Assembly (NCBI GenBank): GCA_951406725.2
Contig: OX597836.1
Span: forward strand, 2,790,001 to 2,854,000
Origin: Octopus vulgaris
Taxonomy: Eukaryota
DNA length: 64,000 nucleotides
Direction of reading: 5' to 3'
Position numbers and translations under genes: made by a program. Under the pieces are notes generated by a model. The model did no database searches. It had not been told where the DNA came from and was given only the letters and a program-made list of their open reading frames with translations. Shown here piece after piece: positions 12,541-25,328 of the stretch (its first letter is position 1; each line of letters begins with the position of its first letter).

Positions 12541-13217
12541 ATTGCTGTTACTGATTTTCTAAGGCGGATAACGGCACTGTTCACAGAGGCCTGTCGTAAA
12601 ATGCGCTTTATCCATGACTAGACATTTCATTTTGGGACTTAATAGATATAAGATTATATTAACACGTAGAACATTTCGATTTCATGAAGTTGGGAGTAAT
12701 TTGAAAACGATATCCTCAGCGGAATTTCGGTATTATTGCCTTCAAATGATATTCTCAACTAATTCACTGCTTCGGTAATATAGGTTCATCAAAAAAATAA
12801 TTTACCACTAGTTTATAACACACTGTCGTTAATACAGAATATATTCACATAGAAAATAATAATTCAATTATTTTCAATTGACAATAGATAGATAGAACAG
12901 GTAGAAAAAAACAGCAGCACATATTGTTTTGGGTCATAGCGATGATTATGTTTAAGCTGGGATGATATGGCGAGTGAGGCCACGAACTCAGTGCAAAGAT
13001 TACATCTGGGAATTCTTAATCAATAGGGATGCCAAGTTTTTTAGAAAGAAAATATCGCATCCCCACTAACCATAAAATTCTTCCACGAAAAAAAAAAAAA
13101 AAATCCGTGAATACAATAGAATACAATACAATGTTGGACCAAGTAATTAATGAATGAAATCTAAACCACAAAACAAAAATAAAGAACACAAATTCAACAA
13201 ATATGACCAGCAAAAAA

Positions 13218-13358
<141 letters not shown>

Positions 13359-14369
13359 CAAGAACATAACAAAAGTACTATTTTCCATTAGAGAGTTAAA
13401 ATAACTTAGATCTAAATGAGTATGAGTGAGTATGAGTGATAAAAAAATGGGGTGAGAATCAAGAAGTCTTTTTTAATAAGGATAGCAAAAGTTGACATGA
13501 GATAATGTAAATAAAAGCCAAGCATAGATATACATAAAAAAAACAAATATTATTTCTCGATTATTATATTTTGTTTATATTAATTTTATATTTTGGTTTT
13601 TGATTTGTAACGAAATGTGCCAAACCTATTATGGAAAAAATAGATTAAGGTGAGAATTGGGTGGGGAAATACGGGCGTGTGAATATATAAATACGTGTCT
13701 GTGTGTGTGAACATGTATGTATACAACGCCGACCCCGAAGCACACACACACAATGAAAGTGAGTCAGACACACACTGAGCTGGAAAGAGCGGTAAGGATA
13801 TGTGGTGAATGGTTCAAATAAATGTGTGTATATATCAGCTTGTATATATTATACAGCAAGACGAATATTTCGCACGTAATTCTGATATATTCACACACAT
13901 ACACACCTACCCACAAATACAGACGCACACGCGGACACACGCACAAACAAACACCCAAACGCACGCACACATAGATTTCCCATGACATTTTTCTTCTCTA
14001 AGCCGTCAGTACAGATCGCTACTTCTGGCCAGCCATATTATCTCAGTGATTAAAGAATCGACAAAACGGGGGAATAGTGCGTTCCAAAACATGAAGGAAA
14101 AAGAAAAAGATCGTTATGGGAAATGGGAATAAAATGAACGCACCTGTAATAGTTTCCAACCTTTTTGTAAATATGAACTTATCTGCGTACATTGAGTCGC
14201 ATGTACAGAGGCAGGCTAATGTGCGTGGGTGGATGTTCGTTTGTTAGCATCGGGTTTTCAGTTCAGTTCGGCTTCTTGGCACGTGCAGCAAGTTTCTTCT
14301 ACAAAAGGCCAACACAGGACAATGTCTTGCGAAATAACATGTTATACACAAGCTGTGTAGAAGCCTCTC

Positions 14370-14407
<38 letters not shown>

Positions 14408-14542
14408 TTATTGATCTATCTACCTATCTATTTATTGATCTATCAATCTCTCTTTCTTTGTCTTTTTCTCTCTATGTATATATAAATGTATATATATATA
14501 TGTATCTCTCTATCTATGTATATATATATATATGTATCTATC

Positions 14543-14631
<89 letters not shown>

Positions 14632-14699
14632 GTATCTATCTATTTATGTGTATATATATATATATATATCAATATATATGTGCGTTGTGGAGCGTGTGT

Positions 14700-14895
14700 G
14701 TGTGTGTTTGCGTGCTTATGTCATAGCGTGATTTTGTTTGTGCAACTTATCATTATTTGACAACCTGTATTGGTTTCCTTGTCTTCCCGGTAGGCAAAAG
14801 AAATCGATGAATTATAGGGCGCATTAAATCGATAAACCTTTGGTGACATTGCCCCAAGTCGATCACAGTTTAATTACTGGAAGATGTAAATGACT
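14700..14895 (+). mobile_element. SINE family C 3' half, degenerate
   Basis: TTTGACAACC..TTGGT..GGCAAAAGAAATCGATGAAT..CACAGTTTAATTACTGGAA. Confidence 0.55.
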
Positions 14896-15017
14896 AAAGA
14901 TGTAGATGTCTAGTTGTTAGACCAGTGAGTTTAAATAACAGGTGGATTAACTTTTCAACGAAGCCCTTGTGTGTCGTTGCTGATAAAAAGCAAAATGAAT
15001 GTAAAAAATGTACGAAT

Positions 15018-15560
15018 CCCGGGTGCGAGATTTTTTTTTACCTCGAGTCCCCAGTTATGAACTCATTTGCATACAGCCAATCAAAGCTCAACTATCAAAC
15101 TAATTTTTGAGCGCATGACAAGATATGTGTAATAACATAATTTCACTGGGTTAAGGAATGACTATGTCTCTTTTCTCTTTTGAAATTGCCTTTTGTTCTT
15201 GCTCTTGTTTGAACCTTGGCTGCCTTTGCGTAGTTATTTGTGTTGTTGGTTACTTTGTAAAACTGTAAGGGTGGGGGGAAGGTTGCTAGCACCTCACCCT
15301 CTGCCTCATATCGGAACCTGTCAAAATTTGATAACAGGTATAGATGCAAATCTATCTGATTACTTGTCTCCTAAATTCAGGCATAACATGGCGGCGAACG
15401 ATCGATTTACAGCACCGTTCTTCATCTTGAGTTTACTTGGTAGAGTGTGTTTTGAAGTTGACAGCAAGGTCAAGGTGAGCTCTGTTTGGTTGTAGGCAAA
15501 TGAGTTCATTGCTGGGTTCCGGAAATCTCCTGGAATAAAAAAACAACTTCGCACCCCGGG
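15018..15560. mobile_element. Unclassified MITE with ~80-bp imperfect terminal inverted repeats
   Basis: Left arm CCCGGGTGCGAG..CCCAGTTATGAACTCATTTGCATACAGCCAATCAAAGCTCAACT (15018-15093) matches the reverse complement of 15473-15560 (CCCGGGGTGCGAAG..CCCAGCAATGAACTCATTTGCCTACAACCAAACAGAGCTCACCT). Confidence 0.75.
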
Positions 15561-15739
15561 TAGTGAATTCCTAGAAAGCAAAAAAAAAAAAAAAATACTT
15601 CGAACTGAAAAAATGGTTGTAAATGATTCAATGCTCAGAATTGAAGTTCAAATCACTCCACAGCCTACGTAACACATCATCGATATAACACCAAATCTGT
15701 ATATATGTATATATTTATATATATAGTCTTTATATATAG

Positions 15740-15782
<43 letters not shown>

Positions 15783-16440
15783 CATGTATATACTGTATAT
15801 ATATTTTTCCGCTCTATCTCGTTCTGTTTCTCAATATTTATTCTCTAATTATTTCATTACCAAATTTTGTATCATTATTACTTCCCCCCCCCCTATATCA
15901 CTATTATCATAAATTAATTGAATGAAGGCCAAACTAACATAAAACACTAAATGATAATTAATATTACTTTATTCTCTTAATTACTTTTTTATTTTTTTCA
16001 AAGATAACGGCGGCAACGGCTTTTGAACTCGTCTCGACAGGGTTAAATTTTGCTTCGCACTTACGTTCTATTTTAATTAAACAAGTTCTGCCTCTTCTCG
16101 CCTTTCTGAGCGAGGTTGCTTGGTTCAACGACTTTTTCTTGATCCTAATACCAACACTTGTCTTTATATTTAAGATCTTATTCGAATACCCTTTCTTAAT
16201 TGACAGCTCGTTGACACACACAACTTACATTTGTTAAATTCTTGAAAATTTATCGATTAATTAACAGGTTGTTGGTCACCTGACTTACTTAATTAACCGA
16301 TGAATTGGCATTTATATAACATGTTATATAATCTAAGTAATTCCATCATTCTTACATCAAAATTAAAACTGATGAAGACACAAATACAGTGAATACCGGA
16401 TAACCAATTCGTCTGTTGGTATTAAGTATGTATGCCACAA

Positions 16441-16660
16441 GGCAGCGAGCTGGCACAATGGTTAGCATGCTTAGTGGAATTTCGTCTGCCGCTATGTTCT
16501 GAGTTCAAATTCCGCCGAGGTCGACTTTGCCTTTCATCCTTTCAGGGTCGATTACATAAGTACCAGTTACGCACTGGAGTCGATATAATCGACTTAACCC
16601 ATTTGTCTGTCCTTGTTTGTCCTCTCTGTGTTTAGCCCCTTGTGGGTAGTAAAGAAATAG
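16441..16660 (+). mobile_element. SINE family B with Tx1-like (type-1) tail
   Basis: A-box TGGCACAATGG, B-box GAGTTCAAATTCC, central GGTCGACTTTGCCTTTCATCCTT..GTCGAT..AAGTACCAG domain (Meta/MESC-like, from recall), tail TTTGTCCTCTCTGTGTTTAGCCCCTTGTGGGTAGTAAAGAAATAG. Confidence 0.9.
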
Positions 16661-16675
16661 GAGTGTATAACACAA

Positions 16676-16880
16676 GGCAGCAAGCTGGCAGAATGGTTAG
16701 CACGCTTAGTGGTATTTCGTCTGCCGCTACGTTCTGAGTTCAAATTAAGCCGAGGTCGACTTTGCTTTTCATCCTTTTGGGGTCGGTTAAATAAGTACCC
16801 GTTATGCAATGATATTGATGTAATCGACTTAATCCCTTCCACCGAATTTGAAGCCATGTACTTCCAATAGAACGAATTAT
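16676..16880 (+). mobile_element. SINE family B with type-2 tail
   Basis: Same head and core as 16441-16600 but a different 3' end (CCCTTCCACCGAATTTGAAGCCATGT..). Confidence 0.88.
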
Positions 16881-17284
16881 GTATATAAGCAACACTTCAG
16901 GTTCCATTCGTCGCTGAATGCTTTTTGCTATTATAGGAATTTCAAATGACCCGACAACACCAATCTCCCATCGCCGATGCATACCATGCTCTGCTAATAG
17001 AGTACCCATCAGTCCCTTTTGCGTGATTGTGACAAGATTAACAGCTTGTAACAATATACGTGTTTGTACACACGCACATATGCATATAATTTACAGTATA
17101 AATTAAGATTTTATACACTTAATTTCGTCATTAATGTCTAGACGGTTGTCTGGCATCTCTGACGTATGCAGTTTAATGTGATCGGACGGTATGTTTGTAC
17201 ATATATATATATATATATACATATATGTATGTATATATGTGTGCCTGTACGTACATATACATACATATATATACACACATACAT

Positions 17285-17324
<40 letters not shown>

Positions 17325-17594
17325 TTTACTCAAAGCATATTACTCTACCACTGGTATTTGAGTACTCTTTTTTTCCACCTTGTTTCACATTTATGTGTTT
17401 ACTCCGGTCTATATATATATATATATATATATATGTATACATATGAATATATATATATTCATATGTATATATACATAAGTCTCCGCAAGATATGTTGAAG
17501 TACTAAGTGATCCTTTTAGCTTAAGGGAAAATTGTTAACAAAAAAAACATATATATATATATATGTGTGTGTATATGCGTGTACTATGTTTGTG

Positions 17595-17635
<41 letters not shown>

Positions 17636-17974
17636 ACAGGCGGAGGAAGTGAAACCGGTTTATTTGATACCTAACTGGAACTAACTGGAATATAAACACA
17701 CAGGTTTGATCCTTCACTGAGAATATTCGGGGCTGGATACTTCGGCGAAGCCCTTAAAACAATATTGTAAACCAGAGATACGGTGACATGATAATGTATT
17801 GAATTAATTAACAACGAACGTGAACGAAACCCAAATATCTGCTCATAAATGGCTGTGAAATTTTGACAAGTTTATACATCGAGAGAAAGAAATTACAATA
17901 CAAAACACTTCGGTAGAGTTGATGTTGTTTTGATGTAGATTACATCGACAGTGTCTAGTATCTGATATTTATAG

Positions 17975-18155
17975 CTATTTCCTTCCTTGTTTCTCTCCTT
18001 GTTTCTTTTCTGTGTATCTTTCTGTCGAAGAGCGTAGGCTCGAAACGTAAAAGACTTGTTCTATTTCTATTCCTCAGCGCTATACTAATACATTTGTTTG
18101 TTTGTACTCCACTTGCCTTCGTATTTTGTTTATTTTCGTAAACCTTCCCGTTATA
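17975..18155 (+). mobile_element. Short PLE-like repeat with minimal hammerhead-like motif (copy 1 of 3)
   Basis: TCTTT-CTGTCGA-A-GAGC-GTAG-GCTC-GAAA-CG-TA-AAAGA at 18017-18054; homologous to 59855-60045 and 62425-62595; ends in (TA)n. Confidence 0.7.
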
Positions 18156-18179
18156 TATCAATCTATATATCTATCTATA

Positions 18180-18216
<37 letters not shown>

Positions 18217-18304
18217 ATGTGTGTGTGTACGTGTGCATGTATATATATATATATATATATAGCACGCAGAATCACAGACTCACACACACAAACACCGGGC
18301 AAAA

Positions 18305-18710
18305 GGCCTAGCGCTGTTCCGTTCGTATGTATGTTCTGAGTTCGAATGTCACTGATGCTGACTATGCGTCGTCCCTCCATCTTTCGGGGTGGATAAAATA
18401 ACCACCACATTAGCTGTGGGGTCGGCGTAATCGAGTTCCCCACTCTCCCGAAATTGCAGGCCTTGTCCCAAACTTTGAAGTTAATATCAACACGTAGATA
18501 TTGAAGGCGACGAACTGGCAGAAGCTTTGCCAGGTCGGACGAAATGCTTACCAGTATTTCGTTCGCATTTACGTTGTGGGTTCAAATGCAGCCGAGTCGA
18601 CGTTGGGCTTCATCATTCGGGGTTTGATAAAGTAAGTAATAATCAAGCTCTGAGATCGGCTTGACTCCGCCACATCCCCAAAACGCCCTAGACAAAATTA
18701 TGAGCCAGTA
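18305..18710 (+). mobile_element. Two tandem degenerate SINE family B copies (18305-18490, 18505-18710)
   Basis: GTTCTGAGTTCGAAT..CTTTCGGGGTGGATAAAATA and GGCGACGAACTGGCAGAA..GGGTTCAAAT..GTCGAC..CATCATTCGGGG. Confidence 0.75.
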
Positions 18711-19930
18711 TTAAAGTATATGTGCACGTGTGTGTGCGTGTGCGTGTTTGTTGATGAGAGGTTGTTTGCGTGTTTGTACTTCAATATCAATGAACGTCCG
18801 TGTGTGACAGTCTTTATGTCTGTGTTTCCTTATTTGCTTCGCATTCACCAAAACACTTTTCTTCGCCTCAGTTGTGTGCGCAACACCAACGTTGCACACA
18901 AATATAGATATAAAAATTTACACTACTCCATATGTGCGTAGATGTGTATGTGTGTATGTGTGAGCGTGTGTGACATTATATATGTTCATATATGTATACA
19001 CGCAGCAAATCATACACACACATACATATATTCTCCACATTTATTCATCTACACACATACAGGAACAAACGCACGTATACAACCACGCGCCCACAAGGCA
19101 AATACACACACACACATGCATATGTATACATACATATATTACGCTCAGGTATACATTTGCACACTTATAGGCAAATACGCACATATAAACCCACGCAATG
19201 AAACAGACACAGCAGCAGCCATTCACATGTATATACACTCTTGACTCAAAAGATAATCTACTGCAATCTGTCTCTGGAGATAAAATATATTTGCTCCAGA
19301 AGTTTTGATTGAATTAGCTCTATATTCCCTTCAAGATGTTTATACTATGAGATGGCTTAATTTACAAGCAGACAGCGATATAAAGTTCAATAACCAGTTT
19401 GTCTCTACGCGATGAATTTCAACTAACAAATCTCCACAAAAAATTATCAGTCGTTCTCTAGTATCATGGCAATTGTAAACACTGCGATATTGTTACATTA
19501 TTAGCTTTGTTGATGGTGTTACTATTGTTGTTGCTGTTGTCATTGCTATTCTTGTTGTGGCTTTTAATGTTGTGGCCCAGAGTAAGAATAAAGTTTCTGA
19601 AATGGAAAGGGAAATTCGAAACATTGTTTTGTTCCGATAGTGTAATATCTTTCATGTCTACATCAGATTTCGGTTCCAGCTTTACTGGCAGACTTTTGAG
19701 TATTTGTATTGAAAAGGGGTTTTGAAAACAATAGTAAAAATACTGTCACATACATACATACATATATAAGTACTTACACGCACATGCATTCACACTCACA
19801 CAAGCACACACATATATATATAAATATATAAATGATATATATATGTATGTGTGTATTTTTATCCATATATATGTACACACACACACATATATATATATGT
19901 TATATTTATATATCTATATTTACATATATG

Positions 19931-19984
<54 letters not shown>

Positions 19985-20034
19985 AAATGTCTTGTTTTCT
20001 GTTTTTATCTATCGTTTGTGTTGCTCGCAACCAT

Positions 20035-20200
20035 CTAGCGTATGCTAATTGTGAGAACAAATTCTACGTCGTAAGACAAGGATTTGGTTGGCCCGAGGAT
20101 ATTGTAGAAGACACTTGACCAAGGTGCCCCACAGTGGAACAGAGCCCGGAAGCATGCGGTTGGGAAGCAAGCCTCTTACCACACAGCTGCGACTGCACCT
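20035..20200 (-). mobile_element. SINE family C 5' half
   Basis: GGCCCGAGG..GTAGAAGACACTTGACCAAGGTGCC..AAGCAAGC..CTTACCACACAGC. Confidence 0.8.
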
Positions 20201-20219
20201 GAAGATGTATCAGCTTAGA

Positions 20220-20391
20220 TGCACAGGGATGTGTATAGCGTGCTTATGAGGTAAATAATTATTTTCCGACGCACATTTTCGGTTTCTGTTCCCTACTGGG
20301 AAAATTTATAGCCTGCGTGCTTTTCTATAACCGCGGACCAATCAAAGCTGAAGCAAGGATTTGGTAGGCACTCATAGAAGCCCGTCGTTAA

Positions 20392-20426
<35 letters not shown>

Positions 20427-20625
20427 TGTGTGTAAGCGCGCACAATGTATGCATTTCTATTTTTTATGTCAGTCTGTCTGTCCCCACCCCCGTGTCGTTT
20501 TCTGTACGTCTGCGTAGTGTTTCAGCGGAGTAAGTATAATACTTAATAAAAATTACAGGGCCAGGTTTTTTTTCAACTAAATGCCTTACCCCAGTGTGGT
20601 CGCAATGCAACGATTGTAAACGGGT
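20220..20625 (+). mobile_element. SINE family C, degenerate
   Basis: GGATTTGGTAG..AGAAGCCCGTCG, then (TG)n, then CCCCAGTGTGGTCGCAATG. Confidence 0.55.
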
Positions 20626-21224
20626 ACAAATAATAGATATATGTGTATTCATTTATGTTTGTATGTGTGTGATTGGACAAACGCGCAGAGAGAGAAGCAC
20701 GCCCACAGAGTTTCAGCTACATACGACATAATGTTTTAATTTGATTACTTCTATATATTGTTAATAACTCAGAGGTTGTTATTACTAATTTACTTATGCC
20801 AGAGCCGCCTTTAGTGCCACATGTTCAGGAGACAAATTCCAATCTAATATTGATTTAAATATTTCTCTTCTGAACACATGGTATCTTTGGTGACTCTTGC
20901 GTAACTAAATTAGTGATAGCTACCACAAACTTATTAGTACAACTTTCGTATAGAATTTTAGAATTAAATTTACCTTTTATTTTTCACTGTATACCTTCAT
21001 TGAATTTTCACTGTGGAGTCACAACAGTATATGTAAATGAAATTTATGCGTGTATATATAGCAATATTATTTGAATAAATTATTGAGAGTGTAGGTGTTC
21101 GAATGTAAATACACACATAGACACATACACATAAACAAACAAACACATATATATGTATAATTATACATATACAATTATTATAAACATTGAATATAAATAT
21201 TTACTGGCAAATCAACAAAACCTA

Positions 21225-21520
<296 letters not shown>

Positions 21521-21737
21521 AATATTTGTTATCAATCTATCCCTTGCCCTCTCTGCTTCTCCCCCCTCTCTCTCTCTCGCTCTCTCTCCATATATATATA
21601 TGTGTGTGTGTGAGTGTGTGTGTATGCGTGTGTTCCTAATATATATAGGTATTTATATATTTATATGCATGTATGCACGTATAAATATCTAAACTTGTAG
21701 ACGGTTGCATGTTTGTGTGCATATATATATATATATA

Positions 21738-22120
21738 CTAGCAGTATCGCCCGGCGTTGCTCAGGTTTGTAAGGGAAATAACTATAAAGCATTTTTAGAG
21801 AGTTATAGCCAAAAAATAGCAAAAAAATGGAAAAAAAATGATGGTAATTTTTTTTGGAGAGTTAAAAAAGGTGGAGTTGCGTCCCCTAGACGGTCTGTGG
21901 TTCGGGTTTCTGATTCTCGACCCCATGTCGAATTTATCGATTTTTTTCAGAACTGGGGGAACTTTTCAAAATTTTCGCTGCGTTAGTTTTGAATTATTAC
22001 ATTGGGCTATGTGTGTGTCAAGTTTCATCAGAATCGGTTGAAAGCGTGGTCAGGGTGAGGGTACGAGAAAACAGACACACAGAAAACACACAGACAAACT
22101 GCCGTTTATATAGAGAGAGA
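21738..22120 (-). mobile_element. Non-autonomous Helitron, 383 bp, complete termini
   Basis: Minus strand begins 5'-TC (22120), ends CTAG-3' (21738) after a GC-rich imperfect hairpin (CCTGAGCAACGCCGGG), and sits between A and T with no target-site duplication. Confidence 0.88.
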
Positions 22121-22269
22121 TACATGCATACACACACAAACACACACACGCATATATATATATAGTCACACGCATACACACATGCATACATATGTGTTGC
22201 TGTTTAATTTTAGTTGCACCATTTGAGTGTTCAGAGTCATGAGTAAATCTATCCCCCACCCCCACCCTT

Positions 22270-24130
22270 GATCACTTAAGGCTCTCCCGTACTTTCTTTA
22301 GCCATCGTCTTTCTGTGTCTTCATTGAATGATGTGTTCTTCCTTTTTGAAGACAATTAGTTGTGGATATAGCAGATGGTCTTTTTACCGGTGTCGTGCGT
22401 TGCGTTAATGATATTTCTGATGGATTTGCGCTTCTGGCCGTTAATAATGGTGATGAAGTGTTTGAGAAATGCTTCGTTGATTCTGTTTCTATTTCCGAAA
22501 TTGATACCGATTTATAAAAAAAAAATTGTTGCTGCTATAGTTGTAATTGTTGTTTCGGCTGAAATTAACTTCCTCAAAAGAGTAGGAAGAGAAACCATTC
22601 CAAACGTGATGATTCGATTCCATTTTACGTATTTTAGTCCATCGTACACAATGTCCTTCCTTGTTTAGAACACTAGAATGTGCTTTTAAAATATAAGGGT
22701 GTTATCTTGTCATTTTCGACCATGTTGTTGAGCCAGGTAAGTACAGAAGAAATTGGACAAATTTCAATGACTTTCCAAATACGACCCTCCAGAGTATTAC
22801 CAGACATGTTTCTAGATTTACATCATCCAGTGTGTCTTTATTCTCAAAGCAGTGCTACTTTGCCTCATGGTGAATTTGCTATTATTTCTTGCAGGTAAAA
22901 CTTCCACATTTGTGTCTTCGTGTTAATATTTCCACTGATTCCCGGCCTATTCAGGTCTTAGTTTTTCACGTTGGTTTATTGTTGCTGCTTCTATCTTTGG
23001 ATTGCAGATATTTTCTTGCTCTTGCTAATAGAATTATTTCTGTCTTTGCTATTGTTCCTTCTAATACCGGTGTTGCTCATCTACTGTTCCTCTTCCTGCG
23101 AATATTGTTGCAGTTCTTGGTACCATTATCATCGCTAATATTAATGTTGCTGTTGCCATCAAAAATATCATTGCTAGCAAAAACAAACATGCTGATGCTG
23201 CTGATAGTGTCATGCACCAAATTTTCCTATTGATGCTAGCATTTTTGTCGAATTTGTTGTTTGTAAAATTTTGCTGTGACAGCTGCCGAATTCTCTATTT
23301 CTATCGCTTATTGTTGTTAGCACTGATGTTGATATTTGCGCTCACAGCAATTTGGCTTATCAATAGTTCTAACAGATTTGCTATTGATGCCCCAACTGCA
23401 GTTGTTGCGATCACTACAACTGATATTTGATGTGTACTGCTGTTGCTAATTTTACAATCACTAATTTGGTAAAATTATAATATAGCTATTGTTTCTACTC
23501 TGCGTAACAAGGCCGTTGCTATTGTTGCTATACACCTCATTTTGCTTCTTCTCCCAAACGCTGCCTCTGTCAGCATCACTAATGTTGCCGTTGTCGGGCA
23601 GGGCAACTTTTTCTAACCCTACGATCTCTAATGTTGCTATCGATCCTACCACTATTGTTGCTATAGATGCTATCACTCTTGATGCTAATGTTGCCATCGA
23701 TCCTACCACTTAAGTTGTTCCTGTCACTGATATTACTGATATCAAGATATATATTTTGTTGATATCGTACCCACTAACGTCGTTGTTATAGTCACTACTC
23801 CTTTCATTTTTGCTCCAAGAACCGCTGTTGTTCTTGTTCCTGCTGCTGTTGTCGTTGTTGCTGCTGCTGTTGTTGTTGCTGTTGTTGTAACTGCTACTAA
23901 TCCTTTCATTGCTCTCCCTAGTTACAGCTGCTACAAACGTATTCTTGTTGTGATTCTTTACTCTCTGTATCCATTTCATTATCTCTCCTCTTAGCTTTAC
24001 GCTTGTTGCTGCTGCTGCGGCTACTGCTGCTGCCTCTGTGAGTGTGTGTATTTTTTTCCAAAGCATTTCTATGTTTCTTCTATTATGGATGTCGTTGATT
24101 CTGCTAATGTTTTCCCTTGCTTTCACTTTT
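22270..24130 (-). mobile_element. Possible heavily decayed Tx1-type ORF1-like element
   Basis: Same strand bias and N/Q/S-rich low complexity as 27211-29160; remnants GRIWKVIEICP..WL and a corrupted zinc-knuckle-like stretch near 22565-22630. Confidence 0.25.
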
Positions 24131-25180
24131 GCCAGCCTTCTTTTTTCTTAGTTATTAATTCCCTTCGTGTTGTTGTTGTTGTTGTTGTTGTTCATATTAT
24201 GTTTATTGTTGTTGTTGTCCTTTTTATTCTGTCACTTGTTGTTGTTGTCACTCATTTTCTGATTATTCAGTCTTGTAGCTTGTTTATAATTGAAATTGCT
24301 CACATTGCCGCTGGCTATCTTCTTGTTGATGATGTCGTTGTTATTCGTGTTGTTATTATTACTGTTGTTTTTTATGTTTGTTGTTTATCGTTGTTGTTGT
24401 TGTTATTTTTCTTCATTATCCCATTTCAGATCCTACGTGACTCATCCAATCTCTGATTACAGGTGTTACAGATAATAACATCTCGTATGTTTTTTTTCTT
24501 TATTTTTTTCACAGGTATAACTTTACTAAAACTGAATTATGAAAACTCTCATCCGTTTCCAAAGAAATCAGGAGGTTATTTTAGAGAAACTTCGTTGCTT
24601 TGTCTACCAGGCTGAGAGAACCCTTTGATAAACAATTAATTTTGTTCATAATTGTAGCTGTGTAATTGTTAATTTCCATGGATTTGCTATTCCAGCAGAC
24701 AAGTGATCACACGCATTCCAAAAAAAATGGTAATCCATTTATTTTTTTTAACATTGTTGATCACCATTAAGAATAACAGTTCCGAAACTATGGGTTGCGT
24801 CATAGATTTACACAAAATAGAACTTTACAAACGTCGAGAAACAGTTTTCGTTTAAAAATATTTTATAAAATGTAAAATCAACACGAAAATATTTTTTGAT
24901 TACACAATAAGCCATGCTTATAATAAAGGCCATGCCATACAAATATAATTCTTGTTAACAAAAAAAAAACCCCACAAGTTTTAAGAAATCTGCTTAGTTG
25001 GTGACGATAAATAAGGATGGAAGCAGCTACGTCATTTCATAATGTCTTTGAGAGTGCGTGTGATATGAGGAAGACTTGGCTGTTAATTCTACCACATCAA
25101 GCGATTTACTGCAAATTCTCTTCACTTCATTACATCGCTGCTGAATAGGATTCTTGTAAGTCTTTCTCATGAAAATCCCT

Positions 25181-25328
25181 TATTCTTTGGCATCTTATTC
25201 TCTGGTATTTCTTCTTTGGCATCTTATTTTTGGTATCTCTTCTTTGGCATCTTATTCTTTGGTATCTCTTCTTTGGCATCTTATTCTTTGGTATCTCTTC
25301 TTTGTCATCTTATTCTTTGGTATCTTAT
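25181..25328. repeat. 29-bp minisatellite built from 15+14-bp subunits
   Basis: TTCTTTGGCATCTTA + TTCTTTGGTATCTC, about 5 units. Confidence 0.9.

Noticed and set aside
16441-16520. tRNA gene
   Set aside because: A and B boxes belong to SINE heads; no acceptor stem or cloverleaf, and the sequence continues into the SINE body.
24490-24615. Splice-acceptor-like TTTTTTTCACAG followed by ~33 open codons
   Set aside because: No recognisable protein and no convincing donor site; such tracts are common in AT-rich DNA. RNA-seq would be needed.
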